Assembly (NCBI RefSeq): GCF_006345805.1
Contig: NC_043006.1
Coordinates: 9,920,001-9,984,000, forward strand
DNA: 64,000 nucleotides
Source: Octopus sinensis
Taxonomy: Eukaryota
Direction of reading: 5' to 3'
Part shown: piece after piece, positions 53,814 to 64,000 of the stretch
Numbering within the stretch: the first letter of the stretch is position 1
Layout of the letters: the number at the start of each line of letters is the position of its first letter
Notes under the pieces: model-generated
The model's database searches: none
The model's input: the letters and a program-made list of their open reading frames with translations, nothing else
What the model was told of the DNA's origin: nothing
Translations under genes and position numbers: made by a program

Positions 53814-55002
53814 ATTCAAATATCAGTTATCGCTATATTCAGTGAAATCTGAAATAGACTAGCGTATAGATCTCTATTTTTCTATATTATTTTTTCTTTA
53901 ATTTTTTCCTCTCGAGTTTATATTTTTTCGTATAATATTGCCTCTTTAATTTCCTTCGACTGACTCGTTTTCAAATCAACAATTAAGCGAATGTTGCTTT
54001 GTCTGTGATCATTACGTCGGAGTCGCTGTATTTGCTACTAACGAATGTATGTTTTGGGCGTACCTATTTGAATATGGAAGATTTCAAGATATTTTTTTAA
54101 ATATCAGGGGCACCATTAGAAGAACATAGTAATGGCATTCCAATAAATACTTCATGATCCTAGATGTTTTGGTGCAGTTTCATTAATGCTGACAAACGAC
54201 CGGTCTCACCGGGTTAAGTCGTTCATTGCTAAACCAAGAATATACAGTATGAAGCAAACAAATCGCAGGCTTTCTTAGAAAGAAAGTAAATTAACGCCTG
54301 CAGATAAGAATATAACCTAATTGAGAATTTATGATGATAGAATATAGCAACATATAGAAATGTTTCCTCCAAACAAACACATGGGTGTGTTACCAGTCTA
54401 ACATATAATAAAAGATACAAATATAACATAAATGTGAGTAACGTTCTGACAGTTTTAACTGCCTCCATAGTCAGACAATTCATTTTGTTTATGAGATTCT
54501 AGAACTGTACTATATAAGTACATATTTATTGCAGTCGTGTAATGTAACTTAATGGTAAGTATTGCGGAAAAGTAAGTTAACATGGGTACCAATTAATGCA
54601 ATGCAATTCACGTTCGTGAAAAAATCGGAGATGTTTTACTGTAATATAGTAAAAGATTGAGCTATCTAGATACTTCCTATTTGTCAAGGAGAAAACCACC
54701 AAATTGAAGAGTTTGAAACAACCCCCCCGCCCCTCCCCCAAAAAAAATTTCATGTATATAACATATAGGGAAAAATGGGGCACGTTTCTATAAATATTTG
54801 TATATGTATAAAGGAATGAAAATATATATTGTTTACTACAATTATTTTAGTGAATTGGCATGAATACATAAATACACATATTTATACATACAAAGACATA
54901 AATATTCATAAACATATATCAATATAGCTGTATAAGCTGTATGCACTTGTTTGCGTGTATGTGCTTGTATGTATGTATATATATATATATATATATATAT
55001 AA

Positions 55003-55046
<44 letters not shown>

Positions 55047-55499
55047 TATATATATATATATATACACGCCCAAATTGCTTCGTGTGCGTGTGACTTTGTG
55101 TATGTGTAATATATATTGGTAGTGTGCGTGTTTGTGCCTATATTTGTATGTATGTTTACACATACACTCGTGCGCGTGCACGTATAAATGTTTCCCAATT
55201 CGTCGGACCCTTCAGGCGAGAGATAATTTAGGATATTTTGGTGTCTAGATATCTTGTCTCAATACTAAATCAGCACTTCACGAAATATCTGTGTACGTAC
55301 GCATATACATGCACACTCACACAATCACACATGAATGCATGCGTTCTTGTTTATCTGCAGGCCAGTACGTGCGGTTATATACTATAAATCAAATGAATTT
55401 GTGATATATGTTTGTGTTGATATTTGTACATAGCTTCTTGGTTGTGCTCATTTGATTAAAACAATTATAAATCAAATTTTAAGAACTGCTACAAACTTA

Positions 55500-55562
55500 T
55501 GCAAACATACATATTTACATACATATTTACATGCACATACATATAGATATATACATACATTT

Positions 55563-55630
<68 letters not shown>

Positions 55631-55740
55631 GATAGATAGATAGATAGATACACATAGATATACATACATATATACATATACATATATATATAAACACATA
55701 TATACACCACACACATATATATACATATATACACACATAT

Positions 55741-55811
<71 letters not shown>

Positions 55812-55975
55812 GATACACATAGATATACATACATATATACATATACATATATATATAAACACATATATCACACACACACATATATATATATTATATACAC
55901 ACATATATACATACATATATATATATATAATATATATATATATATATACACAAATATATATATAAACATATATAT
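55500..55975. repeat. Compound (TA)/(CA)/(GATA) microsatellite with internal ~165-bp duplication
   Basis: Direct reading; gatagatagatacacatagatatacatacatatatac occurs twice. Confidence 0.85.
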
Positions 55976-56828
55976 GTACACCACCTGCCTTCGTCTTTTG
56001 TTTATTTTCGTAAACTTTCCCTTTATATATATATATATATATATATATCTATATACATATATGCACTCAGTTGAAACAGTTCACTGGAACGAATCGACGC
56101 TAGTATTTACTTTTTTCAAGCTTGGATAATTATCCTCTTGTTTTCTTATATCGTATGGGGACGTAAACGAACCAACATCCGTCATCAAACGTTGGTTGGT
56201 ATGAAAAAAAACCTTAAAGACACACACTTAAATATAGGCCGTCACGTAGTTTTGTTGCAAGAATTTTGCGTTCCAAACATGGTTCCCGTCAATCCCATCA
56301 CATGCTACATTGTGCAAACGTCTTGCTCTATGGCATCTGACCGACCAATTCCTTGGAATTCCTTGGACCAATTCCTTGGAAAGGGAGTTGCTAAACGTAC
56401 ACTGAAACAAGCACGCCGTAATACATTTATGTTTGTGCGAATGTGAGTGTGTGTTGTCCCCCCACCACCACCGTTTGACAACTGGTGTTGCTGTGTACAT
56501 TTTCCGTGACTTATCAGTTTGGCAACGGCAGATTTACAAAGGATTCAGAAGTAATTAAGTCATTAATTTATGCATGCCTATATTGGGGCATCTCCTTGAA
56601 GAATTTTACCCGTTAAATTTAAGTTTTTCAAGGTGGTAGCACGGGAGAGGAGCTATTTTAGATGACACTTGCTCGAGCTTTCACTTCGCGGTACTGGAAG
56701 CAGAACCAAGTGGTTTGGGGAGAAATATTTTTACTACACACCCACGCGTGCACCTGAGTAGGCAGTGTGTGTGTGAAATTATGTCTATAAATATATTTTA
56801 TACATACATACATACATACATACACACG

Positions 56829-56902
<74 letters not shown>

Positions 56903-56954
56903 TGTATTTATATATAGCGGTGTACGTATACATCGTATACATACATATATATAT

Positions 56955-57170
56955 TCAATATGTGACTGCGGGTGTATCGTTGACGATTTTTTGTTCTCCG
57001 TATTCCCTTCCTTGGACCTTTCCTTTTTCTACGTTTCCGACGAAGAGCTCCGCTCGAAACGTTAAATCCTCCTTCTTCTTTTTTCCTTACCTGAGCCTCT
57101 AATAACACTATATTCGTTCCACGCCCTCGCGTTGTTGTGTTGTCTCTTTGTTCATGTTTGGCTTAACTAT
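56955..57170 (+). mobile_element. Repeat family C copy with minimal HHR
   Basis: ttt-CCGACGA-a-gagc-tcc-gctc-GAAA-cg-TT-aaa. Flanked by (TA)n. Confidence 0.75.
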
Positions 57171-57173
57171 ATA

Positions 57174-57249
<76 letters not shown>

Positions 57250-57479
57250 ATAGTATTGTAGTTTGCTTGAAGCATTGTGTATTGTTTGTGAAGTATAACA
57301 TATTTTAGTGGTGCAACTATGCACTATAATACAGACAATGGCCTATTTACCTGTTGTAATCTAGTTATCCATAGTTTGATATCTTATTTCGGAATAATAT
57401 TCATTCTTCAGATGTTATTATTTGGTGTCGCTGCTATAATCGGTTTTCTCTCACCAGTTGTCTCATGATGCTCCTTCCG

Positions 57480-58020
57480 GAATGTGTCCCTGACATTTTC
57501 TGTCGCCCCTCCTTAATTCTTCTGACCTTCTACCTCTACCTCTCTCTCTTCTCTCCCCATGTGACCGGTGTTCGGCCAAGTTTGATCCTTCTTTCTTGGT
57601 TCGGCCGTCGTCCGTGCGATATCTATATTCCTCCTTGTGCCTGGCTAATCTTGTATCTCTGCCGTAAGGCTTCATTACCGCACACGCCAGCTTAATTTAT
57701 TTCGTCTTTAGTCGAAAGACACCTGTAGTTATGTCCTGTTATTTGTATTTGTGTAACATTCTCCGTTTTTCTCGTTTATGTTTTCGTATACATTCGCTGC
57801 TTTCTTTCAAGGAATCTAATGCTCTTAGCTTAGTGTTTCCTTGGGGTTGGCCAGATTGGAGCAATCTCGAGTATAACCAGCCGAAATTGCAAAGATAATC
57901 TAGAAATTGACTGAGGAAAGAAAGCTCCGAATGACGGTCCTTGTTTTCTTTGTATCGTCTATCTGTATGTTTTGTTGTCCCTGTTGTGTATCTGATGTTG
58001 TTGTCCCTGTTTTGTATCCG
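57480..58020 (+). mobile_element. Repeat family D copy
   Basis: High similarity to 44300-44927. Confidence 0.8.
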
Positions 58021-58153
58021 GCAACGTATTACATTGCCGGAACTGTAAGCCAGTCCGAGTCATCTAACATAATTCAGTAAAAACATATTTTGAACGTATG
58101 TTGATGATGATGAATATGATGATATCATCAACAGCGACATAAATAATAATAAT

Positions 58154-58187
<34 letters not shown>

Positions 58188-58335
58188 CAACAACACAACA
58201 ACAACAATAGTAATTATAATAATGGAACTGTAAAAAGTCTTCCCACGGTTCTTGAAGCATAACCAGAGAACAACTGTCACCTTCCATCATATCCAGCAAA
58301 ATAAGCTTTGAATTTTCATATAATATGCAGTATAA

Positions 58336-58372
<37 letters not shown>

Positions 58373-58529
58373 CATTATTATTATCATCATCATCATCATC
58401 ATCATCATCTCTTTATCACACGTTTTGTTGGAGCTCCTGGAGTCTTGCATGCGTAAAAGGCTTACTAACTGCAGCCTACGGCACCATGCTATTGTTATTA
58501 TTATTTCAATTTTTTTCATAGGGGAAGCT

Positions 58530-58710
58530 TGAGGGAGTTGGTGATGAATCGAATACATCCCCAGTGTTCAACTGGTAGTTAGCTTATCGACCCCAAAAGA
58601 ATGAAAAACATTCAACCTTGGTGGAATTTGAACTCAGAATGTAGCGAAGGGAGAAATACCACTAAGCATTTAGCCTTGCGTGCTAACAATTCTGCCACGA
58701 GGCCACCTTA
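58530..58710 (-). mobile_element. SINE family A copy, diverged
   Basis: ggaatttgaactcagaa...gtgctaacaattctgcca. Confidence 0.75.
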
Positions 58711-58712
58711 AT

Positions 58713-59115
58713 TGTTGTTGTTGACATCCTTTTGTCTCGTGAGACAATTCAGTTGCGCGTTTTTACCTTTTATGTCTTCTCCAGTTTCCTCTCCAATTTT
58801 GCCCAAGCCTTGGCTAGATGTAAGAAAATCCCAATCGTAGGGATTCCCCTCTCGACCTTCCTGACGTAGTCGAAAGGAATGCAGAGCATTACGTTTGGCA
58901 CCAGCTTGGTTGCAGGAGCTGCTGGAAGAATGTCGAGTCGAAAGCTTAACCGACTACGGGGCTCCACTCCGGATTTCTTTGAAGGTTGTCTCCTTTCCGT
59001 AAAGCTGGATAGGGGCCCACACCGGGTACTGTCAACCGGAGGCAGCTGAGCCCAGGACTCGTGTCAGGCAGGGTCGTCATACTCTAAAGTAGTGAAGAAA
59101 ATCGCTACTCACTAC
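58713..59115 (-). mobile_element. RTE-related non-autonomous element with (CAA)n tail
   Basis: GC-rich segment ending on the minus strand in gagacaaaaggatgtcaacaacaac, resembling RTE-clade 3' ends. No ORF. Confidence 0.5.
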
Positions 59116-59127
59116 ATGATAATAATA

Positions 59128-59190
<63 letters not shown>

Positions 59191-59949
59191 GCAGAAACAG
59201 AGGGATTTTTAATTGCAGCACAAGACCAAAGCCTCCCCACCAGAAATTACCAAAAACATGTAATGAAAAGAAATATTAGAGGTAACTGCAGAATATGTGG
59301 AGATGGACAAAAAACAATAAATCATATTATCTCTAGCTGCCCAGTCCTGGCTAAGAAGGAATATATTCACAGACATAACAGAGTTGGAACCTACATACAT
59401 TGGAAGCTATGCCAACATTATGGAATAACAACAGAAAAACGATGCTATAGGCACACACCAGAAAAGGTCACAGAAAACGAGAAAGCAACCATACTTTGGG
59501 ATATGCCGATACACACAGATAGAGAAATTAAGGCCAACAGACCAGATATAGTTGTCAGAGATCATGAAGAAAAAAAATGCTTTCTAATTGATGTATCAAT
59601 ACCGGCAGATGACAACGTGTCTCTGAAAGAAATGGAGAAACTCTCAAAATACAAAGACCTGGAAATAGAGGTAACTAGAATGTGGAATCTGAAAACAGAA
59701 ACAATTCCTATCATAGTAGGTGCATTAGGCATGATAAAAAATATTCAGACAAATATATAGCAAAAACACCAGGACTTACAACCACATATAACATACAGAA
59801 AATTGCACTACTAGGCACTGCACACATCCTACGCAGAACACTTTCCATACAATAACCATCAGAGCATCACAACAAACCACAGCACATACCCAAGGCACAC
59901 AGAGCTGCGCTCGGTAGTGAAGTGAAAGCACGCTATAAAAATAAAACTA

Positions 59950-59952
<3 letters not shown>
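59191..59952 (+). mobile_element. 5'-truncated R4/Dong-like LINE (CCHC knuckle, RLE, 3' UTR)
   Basis: AETEGFLIAAQDQSLPTRNY, CRICGDGQKTINHIISSC, RHN, NRPDIVV..LIDVSIP..EKLSKY (PD-(D/E)xK type). (TAA)n on both sides. Confidence 0.95.
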
Positions 59953-60015
<63 letters not shown>

Positions 60016-60177
60016 GTTTATGTATTCGTTTTGCAAGATTCTTGATGCGAATTAGTGTATTGAAACATATATTGTATTGGGGATGGTCATGTTGCTAGTT
60101 TAGCCAATGAGGTACACGCTCTGTATGTTTGGTGTTCACTTGCTTCAGCTGTATTTCATATTAATTGTATCTCGGCC

Positions 60178-61280
60178 AGAGTTCTTTCGTCACATTTCTG
60201 TGACCTCGTCAGTGTTCCTTTGCTTTCTTCTTTTTTTTTTTCTCTCCTTACTAACGATCTGTCCTTTTTTATTCCTAGTGTATGTCTTTACTTGCGCAGG
60301 CGTATATCCGTGTGTGTCTCTACGTTTAGTAAGTGCTTGTGTGTGGGGAATGTGCCTGCAGTATCAATATCCCTAGTTTATACACGTTCGTTTAATTTTC
60401 TTCTATCTATTTTATTCATTTATTTATATCTATTTACTTTTCTTTTTTGTATTAATTTAAATTAATTATATTTATCTTATTTATGTATATAGTTATTTAA
60501 TTCCATTTATTTATCTGTGTATTGTATTATTTTTAATACTATTATCAGTTTATGGGCAGAGCTTATTCTGTCATAGTTTGTGGTATGTGGGATGGTGGTG
60601 GTGCTAGTGTTCCATTCTAGTTTTCTGTTTAGGCAAGTTTTATCTTCTGTCGTGTGTGTAGCATCTGCCATTTGTCTAAGTGCTGCGTCTGTTCTATGTG
60701 TGGACAAGATTTTAACTTCTATATTGTTGATTGAGCCCCTGTATTCCTGCGCGGCGTGCTGGTATAGAAGCGATGAGTTCTTCTCTTCCTTAAGTTCCCT
60801 CCAAAATTATCATTTACCCGCTCTCCTATGCTCCGTGCTGTCTCCCCTACGTAGGTCATTGTCTTTTACAGCACTGTCCCTCTGTACATCTTATACTATA
60901 GACTACATTCGCAGCTCTACAGCTTGTCTTTGGACTAAATCTACATACAATACAGTTCCTATCAGTACAGGGTCTCCTACTAAAAGGGTAGGTTCTACCG
61001 ATTGACTTGCTCCTATAGAGTGGGCAAATCCCATTCCTATCGTTAAGTATGATAGCATTAAATTTCCTCATGCCTCCTTTATATACTCTGATCCTTTCTC
61101 TGAGAACTGCATGCGGTGAACGAAGTGTTGTATGTGTCTCTTTAACTCGGTAGGGTCGCACATGCGGGTCACATTTCTCATTACTATGATGAATTCTGCC
61201 ATCAATATATTGAATTCAATATTGCCCGCGATAGCTGAGATCCGGTGGATCAGGTATTTGGAGGCCAACCTATGGCCGAC
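60178..61280 (-). mobile_element. Penelope-like element remnant: GIY-YIG endonuclease followed by an HHR-bearing terminal repeat
   Basis: Minus strand NVVYSIRC..C, YVGETARSIGER, ALRQMADATH...LNRKLEW. Downstream is CTGACGA-g-gtcac-agaaat-gtgac-GAAA-gaactc-T (60178-60212). Confidence 0.85.
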
Positions 61281-63391
61281 AAATACCTAATCGCATGTCA
61301 GTAGTCTTATCATTTCCAACCCTTTTTTTACAAAGATGCTGGGATCATATGTCACTTCATAAGTGAAAACTATTCCTGCTAGATGTCCCATGAGAAGATG
61401 GTAATGGTCTTAGTATACTAAAGTGTGTTACTATTTCTGTTATTCTCTGGTTTTTAAAACTAAATATTATTATCTCCGAAATGGTGCGGATAGACACGAG
61501 ATGTTATATAGATCGGAACTCATACAAAGTTTATAGTATATATGGCAACGTACCTAGTAACGAAAGAAACGATACAGAAAGCTTAATTTGGTAGGTGTCG
61601 AGCACGGGACACATTTTTTAATCAATATTTTTTAGGCTTCGCTTTTACTTCATTGACACTGGACAACAGGCACCACATTTCAATTCGGAAAAATATGAAA
61701 AGTTCCCCAACTACAATCACCCACGGAACGAACAGTAAGCGAACTATTCTTTCTCTGAAACAGATTTAGCTTTCTTTATATAACTGAAAGTTCGTTTATT
61801 TGATAAATAGTTTTGTTTCCTACGTACTGAAAACTTTTGTAAGTTTTGAAAATATAAAGTCTGATAATTGACTGTGCAGACTTCATTAACTACTGAATGA
61901 CAGAACGCATTTCGAGCTGTAAGTGCGTTTGAACTGTAAATGTAGTAGACAAAACTAATAAGTTTAATAAATTTTTCATCCTCTATTTTAATGGTATTCT
62001 ACACAAAACGATTCTTCTTCAGATAGAATATTATGTTATAAACAGGTTCTCTTATCTTTGCTGATTGAAGACTAGAATAATGTGTTTTCATCTTGATACC
62101 ACAAACATCTGATTATTAAAAATATAAATATTTATTTCTAGCTGAAAACAGACATAAAGAGGGACTGAACTCCTCACTGCATATATAGGCTAATTATACT
62201 GCTCAAGTATTTTGGCAGCCACTGCACACGAGCTATTAACTATAAAACAAAGCTGGCTAAATGCATACCATCATTCTCAGAGCAAAGTACTTAAAATGGC
62301 ACATTAATTGTTCCACGTAGACAATGTTAGCCGTGTCTGAATCTTCCCACTTATTTTCTCTCTTAACTAAAACATGTTGTTGTGTGTAGTTATAGCTGCT
62401 TGTTTTGAAGTTATAAAATAAGACATAGAAATGTAATATTTTGATATATTATGTGCGGCTTAATATGAAACAACATATGCGTAGTAATGACCATATATAC
62501 TTCAATATATGCGAAAGTCACCGGTCAGTACACTTAAATGAAATAATATAATGCTTATCTTTGCGTTATCAGCAGATATATGCAAGGTATGGTTGTTTTC
62601 AAGCGATATTGATGTTTTTCCATCGATTTAAAGTTTTGCTTCGGTTATATTTCTTATAATAAAATTATGCAATAGTTGGAAGATAGAGATGAATTAAATG
62701 CTACAGTGATGATAGTGTTATCTCTTTTGAAGAATGATAAGAAAAATAAATTAAAGATACTGAAAAAGTATGAAAATGATGTATAGGAAAAAGTGATTCA
62801 TGCAACTTGGTCTGATCATACGACTATTATCCATGGGAAGTTTATAATGATATGGCGAAGAAGTAACTGACAAGAAAAATATGGAGCTACATTGATATAT
62901 CTGTTTTGACAGTTGCTGGTAGCATTCCCTTTGAGTTTCGGAATACAGGTTTGATTTTATTGTTTATTTTTAACAGTCAGTGCATTGTATATTGATATAC
63001 AATTCGGAGAGGTCAGTCAACCATGCAGCATCACTGGGTTGGAAAAAACATAGAATGTAACAGCCAATGTTACGTAAAAATATTCCAGAAGATTCCCATG
63101 GCTGTATAAAGATAATCAATTGCTTGAAGCATGCTTGGAAATATATTTCTGACAAAAGATATTCCTTTTTTTTTTATCGGCTGATATTGCTGACAGGTAT
63201 TCATAAATCATGAAGTTATATTTTAACTTTCTTCCGTTTTCTAGGAGAATGCCAATACTGCAAACATGAAAAAATGAACAATATATATATATATATATAA
63301 TGGAAAGGCTCCAGACAAGACGACCTTTATCTCCGATGTGTCATAATACATTGCTAACCTACGGCAAGTAGGTACGCATACATTACGCAGG

Positions 63392-63394
<3 letters not shown>

Positions 63395-63480
<86 letters not shown>

Positions 63481-63790
63481 ATATGTATATATATATAGAG
63501 AGAGAGAGAGAGAGACAGAGATTTATTATATTGTACATACATGCAAGCACACCCACCCACACATATGTATATATATATATGTGTGTGTGTATGTGTATGT
63601 TAATATGTATGTATATATGTATATAATTGCGTATAGATAGACAGACAGATAAACGGATATACGAATAAAAAGATAGATAGATATAGACATATGTGTGTAT
63701 GTGTGTGCATGTGTATGTGTTTGTTTGTGTGTGTGTCTGTGTCTGTGTGTGTCTGTGTGTGTGTGTCTGTGTCCTGTGTCTGTGTGTGTG

Positions 63791-63821
<31 letters not shown>

Positions 63822-63852
63822 ATCTGTGCGTGTCTGTGTGTGTTCGTGTGTG
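63395..63852. repeat. (TA)n/(GA)n/(TG)n compound microsatellite
   Basis: Direct reading. Many similar runs occur throughout the window, e.g. 7030-7190, 14500-14662, 17500-17735, 18240-18590, 22840-23095 and 34390-34700. Confidence 0.95.
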
Positions 63853-64000
63853 CTGGATTATAATTTGATTTTCTGACAATATATCTCTTGCTAAAATGTC
63901 CTTAAATTTTTTTTTTTTCCTTAGTTAAGTTGCCGAAATATTTTTACTTTCAAAAAAATATCCTCTAGATATAATGAACTATCAGCGCCAGACGAAGGAT

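Noticed and set aside
1375-63879. Dozens of ORFs rich in YI, CV, HT, LSIY or poly-I/L/N
   Set aside because: Translations of microsatellites lacking stop codons in some frames; not genes.

Overview
AT-rich, microsatellite-dense eukaryotic non-coding DNA, most likely an intergenic or intronic stretch of an octopod cephalopod genome. This is inferred from SINE families resembling the Octopus tRNA-derived OR/OK types. No host protein-coding gene can be supported, and almost all ORF-track entries are translations of (TA)n, (CA)n, (TATC)n or (TAA)n repeats. The window is a graveyard of mobile elements: R4/Dong-like RLE LINE fragments inside (TAA)n, CR1-like LINE fragments, several tRNA-derived SINE families, a deleted mariner, a non-autonomous Helitron, a probable Merlin/ISXO2 remnant and Penelope-like element (PLE) remnants. 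The main hidden signal is RNA-level. More than a dozen intact or degenerate type I hammerhead ribozyme (HHR) motifs with short palindromic helix III occur in several unrelated repeat families. They include a ~582-bp head-to-tail array with one HHR per unit (47.05-48.8 kb) that looks like a PLE-derived, retrozyme-like circRNA-producing element, and a second HHR tandem dimer at 52 kb. Other notable structures are an ~800-bp near-perfect palindrome (31.07-31.87 kb) and an old ~400-bp paralogous non-repeat-like segment (6.2 kb and 18.7 kb). All structure calls were made by eye and coordinates may be off by a few bases.
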